Source: Pyrodictiaceae archaeon (GTDB lineage: Archaea > Thermoproteota > Thermoprotei_A > Sulfolobales > Pyrodictiaceae). Taken from it: a stretch of DNA of 64,000 nt. Below the pieces are notes generated by a model. The model did not search any database and was not told the DNA's origin. It saw only the letters and a list, made by a program, of their open reading frames with translations. The stretch lies in the NCBI GenBank assembly GCA_027036135.1, contig JALVSY010000016.1, positions 384,001-448,000 on the forward strand, in the 5' to 3' direction. The stretch's first letter is position 1, and each line of letters begins with the position of its first letter. Positions 49,731-60,246 of this stretch are shown here, one piece after another. The translations under genes were made by a program, and so were the position numbers.

Positions 49731-49868
49731 CTAGGCCTTCTCAAGGAGTCGTCGGAGTAGAGTACCTATCGGTATACCCAGCTCCTCGGACATTCTCTTA
49801 AACTCCTCGTATATATCGACCGGGATCTCTATGCAGACCTTCTCCTTCTTCTCCTTCTCTTCCGGCAA
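49731..49868 (-). CDS. Small ribbon-helix-helix protein (45 aa)
   Basis: GGAGG RBS; MPEEKEKKEKVCIEIPVDIYEEFKRMSEELGIPIGTLLRRLLEKA*. Confidence 0.65.
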   Translation of the reverse strand: MPEEKEKKEKVCIEIPVDIYEEFKRMSEELGIPIGTLLRRLLEKA

Positions 49869-50033
49869 GGGAAAGATCCTCCGGGATACTAGACAAATAA
49901 TATCTGGATATTTGTTAGGTGGCTCGGACTAGTACTGCAAGGCTATAAATAGGGATAATGACCTGGGATGCTGCTTTTCCCGGCAGTGCGTATATGGAGC
50001 GCATATCTATTCTATTATCTTAGGTGCCCTTGC

Positions 50034-50918
50034 TTGGCTCGGGCGATTAGTGCGAGGCTCGTATTCCTAGCCGACGAGGCTGCCGGGTACGAGGCACGTG
50101 GCTTGCTTGGCCAGCACGGTCTCTCGGTCCTTGTCGAGACGGTTGATGAGGGGGGCCAGGTTCACCGAGTATTGTTTGACACTGGGCAGTACGGGGGAGC
50201 AGTTGTTCATAACGCTAGGCTCCTCGGCCTAGACCTCGCTAGCGTAGAGGCTATTGCGCTTAGTCATCACCACTATGACCATACTGGTGGGCTAAAGGAA
50301 GTCCTGGAGGCAATAGGTAAGAGCACACCGGTAATCGGGCATGTCGACTTGTTTAAGCCCTCCATATACATAAGGGATAACAACATTAGGCTAGACATAG
50401 GCATTCCCTACAACCGTGGCGAGCTCGAGGCCCTCGGAGCCAAGTTCCTGCTGCTCCGCCGCAGCATAGAGGTGGCTCCGGGTATCTATTGGCTTGGCGA
50501 GATTCCCCGCGAGTACCCCGAGCTCGCCCCAGGGCTTCCCGGGAACTACACGATAAGTTATGATGGCGAACTAGTGCCTCATACCCTGCGAGATGATACG
50601 GGCCTCGCAATCATGGTTGAGGGCTATGGGCTCATAGTTATAGGGGGTTGTAGCCATAGTGGCATAGTAAACATAGCTGCATATGCATCCAGGCTGCTAA
50701 ACGAGGCACCCAGGCTAGTTACTGGCGGCTTCCACATGGTATCCATGAACGAGGAGAAGATAAGGGAGGCGGCGAGGGCGCTACGCGAGCTAGGTGTTGA
50801 GGAGGTTCATACCGGGCACTGTACCGGGCTAAGAGCAGAGTGCATGTTACGCGAGATGTACCGGGACAAGTTCAACAAGATACATACAGGGTACGTGATA
50901 GAGATTAAGGGCGAATAA
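50034..50918 (+). CDS. MBL-fold metallohydrolase (COG1237, MJ0301/MptH-like)
   Basis: QHGLSVLV, LFDTGQ, LSHHHYDHTGG, GGCSHSG, GGFH and GHCTG motifs. Start refined to TTG 50034. Confidence 0.85.
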   Translation: MARAISARLVFLADEAAGYEARGLLGQHGLSVLVETVDEGGQVHRVLFDTGQYGGAVVHNARLLGLDLASVEAIALSHHHYDHTGGLKEVLEAIGKSTPVIGHVDLFKPSIYIRDNNIRLDIGIPYNRGELEALGAKFLLLRRSIEVAPGIYWLGEIPREYPELAPGLPGNYTISYDGELVPHTLRDDTGLAIMVEGYGLIVIGGCSHSGIVNIAAYASRLLNEAPRLVTGGFHMVSMNEEKIREAARALRELGVEEVHTGHCTGLRAECMLREMYRDKFNKIHTGYVIEIKGE

Positions 50919-50967
50919 TGTTCTCGGCTTCTCCGAGGAGGACATGTATTAAGGCTGGGTAGTGATG

Positions 50968-51219
50968 CTAGCTGGCATGCTCAAGGGTATCGGCTGCTAG
51001 GACGAGGCTATACCAGTCCAGGCATCCCTGATAGCGCAGAGTGTCAGCGGCGTCGCGTAGGAGCTGGGCAGCGTACTCTAGATCGCTCTCGAAACCGCCA
51101 TAGCTCAGTACTTCTTCTAGGACGCGTAGCGCTTCCTCCATCTCTGGCAGTGTTCCACAGCTCTTGGCGACGCTCTGGACTATAGAGTATGCCTCCTCTA
51201 CTTGTCTTCTGTAAACCAT
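50968..51219 (-). CDS. Hypothetical protein
   Basis: 83-aa helical ORF co-oriented with its neighbours. Confidence 0.65.
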   Translation of the reverse strand: MVYRRQVEEAYSIVQSVAKSCGTLPEMEEALRVLEEVLSYGGFESDLEYAAQLLRDAADTLRYQGCLDWYSLVLAADTLEHAS

Positions 51220-51243
51220 AGCCTGGGTACCCTGTCTCTTGGG

Positions 51244-51876
51244 CTAGTGTCCTCCTAGGAGTGCTGAGCGGAGCTCCTGGACGAGTATATAGTTTATCGT
51301 GTTCTCGACGTAGTTCTGTATAGGTGTCGGGTCATTGTTCTTTAGTGCCTTTTCGAATATCTTTATTGTTTCCTCTGCCTGGGTTACATTCATCGTCTTG
51401 AGCGTATGAACTACTTGTGCTATAGTGGAGCCTGGGATCTCCTTTGCTGGCTTATTGAGAGCTATCTCTGCGAGTATCCTTGCAGCCTCCTCAGCGTTAC
51501 CAGTGCATTGATAGTACCTCTCCGCAGCGTAGTAGGCCTTCTCTATGCCTAGCACTAGGTTTGCTACATCCCGCCAATACTTCTCGGCTAGCACTGGCAC
51601 AGCATTATTTATCTCGGAGAATGGGTTAGACGAGTTAAGAGCCTTGGTTACTACTGGTCTTGTGGCGTCGCGTAGGAGGCGGAACTCGTCACGAATAGTG
51701 CTATTGTACTCTACTAAGAGGGCTCTTAGCTGCTCCGGGTTCTTGATACATGTAGTTGAGAGGCTCTTTACAACGGGGTGCTGATAAACTATGATAGGCG
51801 TCACGAGAGCGACTCCTATGAGTATGATAGCTAGTGTAGTGGCGTAAAGTGCTCTGCCCAAGCCACCATTCCCCAA
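51244..51876 (-). CDS. Hypothetical membrane-anchored protein
   Basis: N-terminal TM helix with a helical ectodomain. Confidence 0.7.
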   Translation of the reverse strand: MGNGGLGRALYATTLAIILIGVALVTPIIVYQHPVVKSLSTTCIKNPEQLRALLVEYNSTIRDEFRLLRDATRPVVTKALNSSNPFSEINNAVPVLAEKYWRDVANLVLGIEKAYYAAERYYQCTGNAEEAARILAEIALNKPAKEIPGSTIAQVVHTLKTMNVTQAEETIKIFEKALKNNDPTPIQNYVENTINYILVQELRSALLGGH

Positions 51877-51906
51877 GTATATGGTTAAGGACCTTGTCTT
51901 CCAGGG

Positions 51907-53070
51907 CTAAAACGTCTTCCCTTTGCTTAGTCTCCCTCTAGAGGCCTGGCTGTGTAGGCTCCAGACACCGTATTGTGAGATGAGGTAGTTGGCTAGGAAG
52001 CCCACAACTATCCCTGTGAACCCGGCTAGTAGGTAGTTGACCCCTAGCTTTGTGAGCCCAATACCTATTACCAGGTAGCTCGTCATCGAGCCTAGTGCTG
52101 CCCCATGGTACCTAGCCCAGTAGCGAAGCCAGCCCCTTAGGCCCGGCTCTCTCCGCTTTCCCCGAAAGGTCCAGCGGTCGTGGAGAAAGAAGTTCCAAGT
52201 CAAACTAGTCTCGAACGCGGCTGGGAATGCGGCGTAATCTGTTATGCCGAGCACGCCCTTGAGTAGCCAGAGAACAGCTAGGTTCACAATAGTACCTGTA
52301 GCCCCCACGGTGACGAATTTCAAGGCGCGGTACTCGCCTAGCCTCAGAAGATCAAAGACATAGTCAAGCATAGCCCTGGGGCCTAGCTTGCTCTCGCCGC
52401 TATGCCTTTGCTCAAAGACGTAAGGCACCTCGGAGACCCTTGCACCCGGGGCCTTGGCGAGAATCTCTAAGAGAACCTTCCAGCTCCTTCCCTCGAGCCA
52501 TAGCCTCTTAACAAGGCTCCGCCTTACTAGGAAGAAACCACTCATGGGGTCACTTGTCCGCCGGGACTCAGCTAGCAAGACGTAGGCTAGGAGGCTTGCT
52601 ATACGTGAGATGAGCAACCTTATGCGGCTCCACCCTTTAACGCCTCCCCCCCTTGTATATCTCGAGGCAACGACGACGTCGGCCCCGCTCCTCAAAGCCT
52701 CCTCATATAGCCTGGGAACAACCTCGGGCGGATGCTGGAGATCAGCATCCATGATAACGATGAATTCTCCCCGGGCCTCGCGGAGTCCTCTAACAATAGC
52801 AGTGCCTAGTCCTCTCTCGCCTATTCTGCGAATAACACGGATAGGATACCCCTTCCTAGCTAGCTCTTGTGCTACTCTCCAAGTACCGTCGGGGCTATCA
52901 TCGTCAACAACTACTATCTCGTAGCTTATCCCCCTAAGAACCCTCGCTAGCCGATCAATGAGCAACTTTATGTTCTCTGCCTCGTTAAACGTAGGAACAA
53001 CGATGGATAATGTTACCGAGTTGCTCTTGACCTCGGTAGCCTGGCGGCTCCCCTTATCCTCGCTTTTCAT
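51907..53070 (-). CDS. GT2 polyprenol-phosphate mannosyltransferase-like enzyme with GtrA domain
   Basis: SIVVPTFNEAENI, VDDDSPDGT, MDADLQHPPE and DPMSGFF motifs; C-terminal KF..VG..GT.VN...WTF. Confidence 0.9.
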   Translation of the reverse strand: MKSEDKGSRQATEVKSNSVTLSIVVPTFNEAENIKLLIDRLARVLRGISYEIVVVDDDSPDGTWRVAQELARKGYPIRVIRRIGERGLGTAIVRGLREARGEFIVIMDADLQHPPEVVPRLYEEALRSGADVVVASRYTRGGGVKGWSRIRLLISRIASLLAYVLLAESRRTSDPMSGFFLVRRSLVKRLWLEGRSWKVLLEILAKAPGARVSEVPYVFEQRHSGESKLGPRAMLDYVFDLLRLGEYRALKFVTVGATGTIVNLAVLWLLKGVLGITDYAAFPAAFETSLTWNFFLHDRWTFRGKRREPGLRGWLRYWARYHGAALGSMTSYLVIGIGLTKLGVNYLLAGFTGIVVGFLANYLISQYGVWSLHSQASRGRLSKGKTF

Positions 53071-53088
53071 TTCATCTGCTCCTCGGCA

Positions 53089-54503
53089 CTACCTCTCGGC
53101 TCCATGCCTGGCATAGAGCAGTGAGTTAGCAAAAAGCCTTACAAGGCTAATAGCCTCCTCTCGGCGAAGAATGGATAGCGTGTATAGCTGCAGCACTGAT
53201 AGTGGCGGCAATGAACCCTGCTAGTAACTCGGCTAGAGGACCTAGGCCCAAGAGATAGGTAGGGGCGAAGAGGAGCTGCAAGCCCCACGTAGCAAGGATT
53301 ACCCTTGAGCCGGTGCCTAGTATGCGCAGAGCAAGAGCAGCGCAGCTAAGTTGGCTAGGAGAAACGCTAAGGCAGCACCGTTTAGCCCGAGAGGCCTAGC
53401 TAAGACAATTATCGCGGAGACCAGCACTGCTAGGCGAATGGCTCCTATAACTACTAGTCCTCTTTCATCCCTACGCTTATTAAGAATATTGACAGCAGCC
53501 TGGATAGCGACAAAAGGGACGATACTCAGAGGCATTACTAGGAACGCCGTACCTGCTAGGCCTGCTAGCTCGGGCTTTACCAGCCTAAGGGTAAACCGGG
53601 GAGCCACCACGAAGAACACAACAATAGGTGTTGACAAGCCAAGACCTATGCGTAACTGATCCTCTATCACGGCTTCCTTCCCGCTCTCAACGCTTATGGG
53701 CAAAGCAGCGGTCATTAACGCATTGGGTATCATTGAGAGAGCTAAGACAGCCATTAGGCTTATGTAGAGGGCCCCGGTGTTCACTGGCTTCCCGACTATT
53801 AGCGCGAACAAGTATATGCTAAGGACGCTCATAAGCTGCAACGAGACAGCTTGTGGATAATTAGAAGCAGTTAGGCCAAGTACTCTCTTCACATACCTTA
53901 CCGCCTTTGCAAGAGAGGCCTTCCTTCCCAGCCTAAGTAGCACGGTTGCGGCGAGGGCGAGCAAGACAAGGGGATAAGCAATGTACCCTGCAAGGGCTGC
54001 TGCTAGGCCGTAGCCCAGCACTGCGAGTAGTGTTCCTAGGAAGAGCTTTGTGAGAGAACCAGTGAGCAATGCACGGAAGTACGTGTTGAACTTCTCGAGG
54101 CCCACGAGGCCCTGGATTAGGGCATAGACGACAAGCTGAGAAAGGCCAGGAGAAACGAGAAGAACGAGTACCCCTGGTAGCCGAGCAAGGAGGCAAGCCC
54201 AGTAGCGAGTCCTCCAGCAAGCACGGCTAATCCAAAGCCAGCAATTGCGGCGGCCACGTAGCCGTCTTCTCGGAGTTCTGCTACCTCGCGAATAACTGCT
54301 AGCGGTAGCCCAGCCGATACCAGCGTGGTAGCGAGCATGGCGGCACTTATGATCTCCGATGCCTCGCCCAGGTTACGTAGCCCTATTAGCCGGGGCATAA
54401 TGAGCCAGAAGAGTAGCCCGGTAAGAGATACGCTGAGGTTTCCCAGCACTATCCAGGAGCCACCAACAAACGCCTTTACAGATTCCCTGCTTAACTCGCT
54501 CAC
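53089..54503 (-). pseudogene. Oligosaccharide flippase family gene, multiple frameshifts
   Basis: Hydrophobic ORFs 54117..54503 and 53317..54105 join by a shift near 54130; the tail continues in other frames to TAG 53089. Confidence 0.65.
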
Positions 54504-54674
54504 ATCGAGACACCCGCTGATCAGAGAGCCCTACTGGTCAAGAGCTGTTGGGGCAGCAGGCCACTTGTCTCAGCGACACAGCTTGGTTTGAAGAGAAAGA
54601 ATAGTTTTCTCCCAGCATAGACCCAGAGGCTTGTGGAGCAGTAGTAGATGAACCTAATGGGAGGCACAGTAATT

Positions 54675-55778
54675 ATGCCTAGTCTCCGCTGCACTAAGTG
54701 CGGCCACGAATTCTCCCTGGACGATGCCAGGCTCATAGTGCCTCGTTGTCCTCGCTGCGGTGAAGTACTAGAGATAATCGGTGAGGAGCCTGTTTGGAGG
54801 CCCCGGGGCTCCGGGCTTGCTCGCTACTCCTCCATGCTCGTAATTAAGCCCGTGATGTACCGCGGCGAGGGAGGAACACAGCTCGTAGTTGAGGAGTACC
54901 GGGGTCTACGCCTATGGTTCAAGCTCGAGTACACGAACCCATCTGGTAGCTTCAAGGACCGCGGCTCCGCCCTAGCGCTTTCACACGCATCTATGCTCGG
55001 GGTTAGCTGCGTTGTCGAGGACTCCTCGGGTAATGCAGGACTAGCGGTTGCTAGGACAGCCCGCATCAGCGGAATGGAGGCCCTAATCGTTGTCCCCAGG
55101 GATGCGCCGGAGGGCAAGAAGCGCGCCATAAGGCTCCTCGGCGCAGGGCTCGTGGAGGCCGAGACGCGTGCTGCCGCAGCTTCTCTAGCCTCTAAGCTGG
55201 CTAGGGAGAAGAACTGCTACTATGTATATCACCTGGGCAACCCGTTCTTCATCCAGGGTCTCGAGACAATAGCCTACGAGGTCTATGAGCAGGAAGGTGT
55301 GCCAGACGCTGTTATAGCTCCATTTGGCTCCGGTGGTCTCTTCCTCGGCATAGCCCGGGGCTTTGAGAAGCTAAGAAGCCTGGGACTAGCGAGGAAACAG
55401 CCAGTAATGATAGCTGTCCAGGGCGTTGAGGTCCACCCCTTATATGATGCTGTTCATGGCTCAGTAGTGGCTAGTGGCTCCTCGCAGCTAGCTGACGGGA
55501 TACGTGTCCCCGATCCACCGCTGCTTAGCCAAGGAGCCAGGGTTGTCAAGGAATCTAGGGGCAGAGTAATCCTGGTGAACGATGAGGAGATTACTAGGGC
55601 GCTTCAAGGGCTCGTGGATAGGGGCTTCATAGTGGAGCCTACATCAGCTTCTGCGTTAGCAGCCCTAGACAAGATTATTGATGAGCTAAGAGAGAATGGT
55701 GTCCGCGACGTCTTGTTACCGTTGACTGGTAGCGGTCTCAAGGTTCTCGACGAGCTCGTAAAGCTTCTTGGAGCCTAG
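54675..55778 (+). CDS. Threonine synthase-like PLP-dependent enzyme
   Basis: N-terminal CxxC..CPRC; KLEYTNPSGSFKDRG, SSGNAG, GSGG, EPTSA and LTGSGLK motifs. Confidence 0.88.
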   Translation: MPSLRCTKCGHEFSLDDARLIVPRCPRCGEVLEIIGEEPVWRPRGSGLARYSSMLVIKPVMYRGEGGTQLVVEEYRGLRLWFKLEYTNPSGSFKDRGSALALSHASMLGVSCVVEDSSGNAGLAVARTARISGMEALIVVPRDAPEGKKRAIRLLGAGLVEAETRAAAASLASKLAREKNCYYVYHLGNPFFIQGLETIAYEVYEQEGVPDAVIAPFGSGGLFLGIARGFEKLRSLGLARKQPVMIAVQGVEVHPLYDAVHGSVVASGSSQLADGIRVPDPPLLSQGARVVKESRGRVILVNDEEITRALQGLVDRGFIVEPTSASALAALDKIIDELRENGVRDVLLPLTGSGLKVLDELVKLLGA

Positions 55779-57123
55779 CCTCCCTTTCCCAGGCCTCCTC
55801 GACTGCTAGGGGGTCGTAGAGCCAGGCCAGGAACGCTACGCCTATGAGGCCGAGTGCCGCCGAGAGCAAGAACACTATCTCTACCCCGGGTAACCCAGCG
55901 ACTTGCTTGCCGTAGAGATACTTGTAGAGAGGCCCACCTATCAGCGGCCCAGCAACCATCCCAGCATTAAAGAATGCTTGTTGTAGGCCGAACACCCTGC
56001 CACGTAGACGAGCAGGCACTAGCTCAGCTTGAATAGCTCTCAGCAAGGGTATAGAGATATTCATAGCAATGTTGAGCACAGCGGCTATTGCTACGAACTC
56101 CCAGTAGCCCCTAACAAGCCCCATTACTGCTAGGAAGAACCTCGCAACAAGATAGACTAGAACGAGGACCCGCTTACGCGCCACAGCATTAAGCCTATCA
56201 GCTATATGGGCAGCAGGGTATGAGACCACTAAGCCAGCTGTACCAGCAATAAGCATTATGGATGCAACCCTAGTCGGCGTCTTAGCTATGAAGTCCAATA
56301 CGTAGACAAGTACTATGCTCGACATTATGCCCACGGCTATGCCGTTCATCAAGCCATTGATGTAGAAGGCTAAGAGGCCCCGCTTAACCGCCAACGGTAA
56401 CTGGAGCAAGCCTCCATGAAATCTCGTCTTACCGCGATGTTCAGCCTCTCTACTCTCCCCGAGCGTCTCCTTGACGAGGAAGGCTAGGAAGACGCCTGGA
56501 AGAGTCGCAGCAGTTATTATTATGAAGGGCATCCGGAGCACAGCGAGCACGCCTTCACTCGCATAGAGCCTCTTGCTTACCTCGTACGCGGCCCCGCCAA
56601 TCACGGGGCCAACGATGTTACCGACATTGCTAGCTATAACGTATAGGCTTAGGGCCCGTGTCCGGAACTCTGGCCTAACACTCTCAACTATGAGGGTCTC
56701 AGCAACAGGCCATACTAGGGCAGAAGCAACGCCCTGCACGGCTCTGAGAACTATTAGTTGCCAAACACTAGTCGTCAACGCGTAGAGGATGCCGAGTACA
56801 GCGTAGAGAATCATCCCGGAAACAATCATTGCCTTCCGGCCTAGGCGGTCACTAATCCACCCCGAGACGGCTGCTAGAACAGCCCTTGTCCCCATGAAAG
56901 CCGATACAAGGACACCTATCTCCACGGCAGCGCGATAGGCGTGGAGCGAGCCAACATGCTCAGGTAGTTGTCGCAGCACGCCCTTGAGCGCAAGGATGTA
57001 GTAGGGCACGATGAGGTTAGCGGCGCTGAACCCTAACGGTATGAGAAACGATATTATCACTAAGGCCACTAGGTTGACCCTATATATGGTGGCTCCTCGT
57101 AGCCCCTGTCTCGTTCCCGGCAT
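55738..57123 (-). CDS. MFS transporter
   Basis: GWISDRLGRK motif A and LRAVQG; about 12 TM segments. Start refined to ATG 57123. Confidence 0.9.
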   Translation of the reverse strand: MPGTRQGLRGATIYRVNLVALVIISFLIPLGFSAANLIVPYYILALKGVLRQLPEHVGSLHAYRAAVEIGVLVSAFMGTRAVLAAVSGWISDRLGRKAMIVSGMILYAVLGILYALTTSVWQLIVLRAVQGVASALVWPVAETLIVESVRPEFRTRALSLYVIASNVGNIVGPVIGGAAYEVSKRLYASEGVLAVLRMPFIIITAATLPGVFLAFLVKETLGESREAEHRGKTRFHGGLLQLPLAVKRGLLAFYINGLMNGIAVGIMSSIVLVYVLDFIAKTPTRVASIMLIAGTAGLVVSYPAAHIADRLNAVARKRVLVLVYLVARFFLAVMGLVRGYWEFVAIAAVLNIAMNISIPLLRAIQAELVPARLRGRVFGLQQAFFNAGMVAGPLIGGPLYKYLYGKQVAGLPGVEIVFLLSAALGLIGVAFLAWLYDPLAVEEAWEREARLQEALRARREP

Positions 57124-57260
57124 AGCCTCGCCTGCCTCTAGTTCGCCAGCCGATGTATCGGCTCTAGATATAAGCTCCTGGTTATTAGGTTTACCCAGAA
57201 AGCAACAACACAACCCATACAAGCCACAGTATTATCTAAAATACCCCGAGGAGTCCTGCC

Positions 57261-57731
57261 ATGAGCCTCCTTAAGCCCCTTAGCCCGGCACGAGTCTTCT
57301 TCGCAAAGCTAGGGAGGGGAGCCAAGCTACCAGACGCTATAACAGAACTAGCGCTCGAAACAAGGTCAGAGTTCTTAATGGTTACGGCTATAGGTGGGTT
57401 CGCGAGAGCAAGACTAGCAGTATACGAGCAGACAACAACTACATACCACTACGTCAATGCAGAGCCTCTAGAGAACCATGTACTAGAGGTAATCACACTA
57501 AATGGTAATATAGTCTGCAAGAACAATGAGTGTAAACCACACCTACACGCAATAGTCGCGAGGAAGCCAGGCGAGCCACTAGCAGGGCACTTAGTAGAGG
57601 CCGAGGTTAATCCATTCCTAGAAGTCTTCTTCATAGACCCAGCGATACCGGGGAATGAGGCAGTAGAGGCACTTAGGCATAGATTCGAGCTAAGAACTAG
57701 TATAAAGCCCCTAGAGACAAGCGTAGAGTAA
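57261..57731 (+). CDS. PPC (DUF296) domain protein
   Basis: AIGG, EVITLNGNI, HLH, AGHL and LEVF motifs. Confidence 0.85.
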   Translation: MSLLKPLSPARVFFAKLGRGAKLPDAITELALETRSEFLMVTAIGGFARARLAVYEQTTTTYHYVNAEPLENHVLEVITLNGNIVCKNNECKPHLHAIVARKPGEPLAGHLVEAEVNPFLEVFFIDPAIPGNEAVEALRHRFELRTSIKPLETSVE

Positions 57732-57777
57732 AAATATTGAAATAAGGCTAGGCTATGTATTCTTTGTCCTATATGCC

Positions 57778-59232
57778 TTAGCCTTTTGTTACAGCTATTG
57801 GTCTTAGCCTTACTACTATCTTTGCTATGCCCACTTTCTGGGCAACGAACGCCACTCTGTCAACATCCTTGTATGCCTCCGGCATCTCTTCAACAACTGT
57901 TGCTCTATCACTCGCCCTTATCAGTATGCCCTTGGCCTCTAGCTCCCTTACTACTTGTGAGTATGTTTTCGTCCTCTTTGCTGCTGCTCTGCTCATCCAC
58001 CTACCGGCTCCATGCGGTGCAGTGTACCATGCCCTGGCTCCGCTTGGGACGCCTACGAGTATGTAGCTTGCTGTACCCATGCTACCCGGTATTAGGACTG
58101 GTTGGCCTATTGACTGGTAGTCCTTGGGCATCTCTGGGTGCCCTGGCGGGAACGCCCTTGTCGCTCCCTTGCGGTGCACTATTAGCTTCATCCTCTTGCC
58201 GTCAACGTCGTGCTCCTCTATCTTGGCGATGTTGTGGGCAACGTCGTAGACTAGTCTCATGCCTAGCTGGTCTGGGTCGCGGTGGAAGACCTTCTTGAAG
58301 CTCTCCCTTGTCCAGTAGGTTATGAGCTGCCTATTCGTCCAGGCAAAGTTGGCGGCGGCAGCCATTGCTCGTATGTAGTCTTGTGCCTCCCTACTACTAT
58401 AGGGCACGCTTGCGAGTTCTCTGTCTGGAGGCCTTATGCCATACTTCCTCATGGCGCGCTCCATTATCATGAGGTAGTCGCTAGCTACTTGGTGGCCGAG
58501 TCCACGGCTACCAGTATGGATCATTACCGTTACCTGGCCCTCGTGGGTAATGCCCATGGCCTTGGCTATAGCCGGGTCATATATCTTGTCAACAACCTGT
58601 ACCTCGAGGAAGTGGTTACCGCTGCCCAGGGTGCCTAGCTGTGCAGCTCCTCGCTGCTTAGCCCTCCTGCTGACCTTGCTGGCATCTGCTAGCTTCCAGC
58701 TCCCCTTCTCCTCTATGTGCTCTGGGTCCTCTGGCCACGCATAGCCCTTCTCAACGGCCCAGTCAACTCCCTCGTTTAGTACGCGGTCAAGCTCCTGGAT
58801 ACTCACCCTAACCTTGCCGGTGCTGCCGAGCCCGCTTGGCACGTTCCGGAACAACTCGTCTATTAGCTCGCGTAGCTTCGGCTTAACATCCTTTATGTCT
58901 AGATCGGTGCGGATAACCCTGACACCACAGTTAATATCGTAGCCCACGCCGCCAGGGCTAATGACGCCATCCTCGTCTATGCTCATTGCAGCTACTCCGC
59001 CAATAGGGAACCCATAGCCCTGATGCCCGTCGGGCATAACGATGCTATACTTCTGGATACCATGGAGGCAAGCAACATTGGCTGCTTGTACGAGCGTTAG
59101 ATCACCTTTCATCTTCTCGAGGAGGAACTCGTCAGCGAATATTATGGCTGGTACCCTCATACAGCCCTTGGCTCCCTTAGGTATCATCCACTCATAGTCA
59201 CTTATCTTCTCGAGACGAATATTGACTACCAT
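57778..59232 (-). CDS. rtcB: RNA-splicing ligase RtcB
   Basis: MPDGHQGYGFPIGGV, GYDINCGVR, GSGNHFLE, HTGSRG, HNIAK, HRKGATR, PGSMG and HGAGR motifs. Confidence 0.97.
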   Translation of the reverse strand: MVVNIRLEKISDYEWMIPKGAKGCMRVPAIIFADEFLLEKMKGDLTLVQAANVACLHGIQKYSIVMPDGHQGYGFPIGGVAAMSIDEDGVISPGGVGYDINCGVRVIRTDLDIKDVKPKLRELIDELFRNVPSGLGSTGKVRVSIQELDRVLNEGVDWAVEKGYAWPEDPEHIEEKGSWKLADASKVSRRAKQRGAAQLGTLGSGNHFLEVQVVDKIYDPAIAKAMGITHEGQVTVMIHTGSRGLGHQVASDYLMIMERAMRKYGIRPPDRELASVPYSSREAQDYIRAMAAAANFAWTNRQLITYWTRESFKKVFHRDPDQLGMRLVYDVAHNIAKIEEHDVDGKRMKLIVHRKGATRAFPPGHPEMPKDYQSIGQPVLIPGSMGTASYILVGVPSGARAWYTAPHGAGRWMSRAAAKRTKTYSQVVRELEAKGILIRASDRATVVEEMPEAYKDVDRVAFVAQKVGIAKIVVRLRPIAVTKG

Positions 59233-59320
59233 TTAGCGGTCACCCGCCCCACTTGCTTCTCCGAAAACTTTTCTCCTAAGATATAGGCTACGATGCCCAG
59301 GGCCCGTTATAAGCGTGTGT

Positions 59321-59902
59321 TTAACTCCCCCGCTTCTTGACGACATAGAGCCCGTTATTCGTGGTAAAGGCTCTACCAGCACTATGCATTGCTATCCTCG
59401 CTCTACGTATCTCCCAGCCATAGTGCGTATTGAACAATGACTCATCAACATAGGCAGTAACTACATCAGCTACTACCAGGTAAACATCTTCGGCTAGATC
59501 ATCCAACAACCTGTGTACCTTAGCTTCTACTATCCCTATTGGCCGCGGCCTACTAAGCCTAGGAGCCCCGGTAACCGTGTCCCGGGAGACCTCTGCGCCG
59601 AGGACACTAAGCTTATTCACTCTGCGCCCACTAGTAGTCCCAGCACCATAGATGAAATCAACGTTCTCAACACCCAGGACATTAACCGTGAAGATGCCCG
59701 AGGCCTTGATGAGTTCGGTTGTATAGGCCTCCTTCTCGAGCGCAGCCACGATCCTCGGAGGCTCCTCGCTAAAGGGCATAACCCAGGAAGCAGCCATAAA
59801 GTTCACTCTCCCAGCGTGCTCGGCGAGGACGATGTACACTGGGCGTGGATGGAGAACATAGTACCACTTCTCACCCGTGTCTATGTAGCCGCGAGGCGCC
59901 AA
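59321..59902 (-). CDS. Flavin reductase family protein
   Basis: LHPRPV...NFMAASW..P....PP and GTTSGR motifs. Start refined to TTG 59902. Confidence 0.82.
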   Translation of the reverse strand: MAPRGYIDTGEKWYYVLHPRPVYIVLAEHAGRVNFMAASWVMPFSEEPPRIVAALEKEAYTTELIKASGIFTVNVLGVENVDFIYGAGTTSGRRVNKLSVLGAEVSRDTVTGAPRLSRPRPIGIVEAKVHRLLDDLAEDVYLVVADVVTAYVDESLFNTHYGWEIRRARIAMHSAGRAFTTNNGLYVVKKRGS

Positions 59903-59970
59903 GGCCCTTGCACCCTTCTTAATCACTATTAAGTAGAACCGGTCGCGCCTAAAATAGCGAGGCAGCAGGG

Positions 59971-60246
59971 ATGGGGAGGCGGAGAGGAGCCATACACGAG
60001 GCAGTCGCGGGTTACTTCCACAGAGGAACAAGAGGCTACGTAGTAATAGCCGAGAGGGGAACAACCTCCGGCACTAAGAGGATAAGCTTCAAGGAAATCG
60101 AGAGAGTCGCTGCTGATAGAATAATACTCGTAAACGGGACCGTGATCCCTCTTCACAGAGTACTCTACATAGTTGACGAGAAAGGCAATATTCTCTGGAG
60201 CCGGTATAGCAGAGAGGGACAAGCAAGTGGCGAGGAGAAAGCGTAA
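59971..60246 (+). CDS. DUF504 / MJ1316-like RNA repair domain protein
   Basis: IPLHRVLYI...GNILWSR motif. Confidence 0.7.
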   Translation: MGRRRGAIHEAVAGYFHRGTRGYVVIAERGTTSGTKRISFKEIERVAADRIILVNGTVIPLHRVLYIVDEKGNILWSRYSREGQASGEEKA

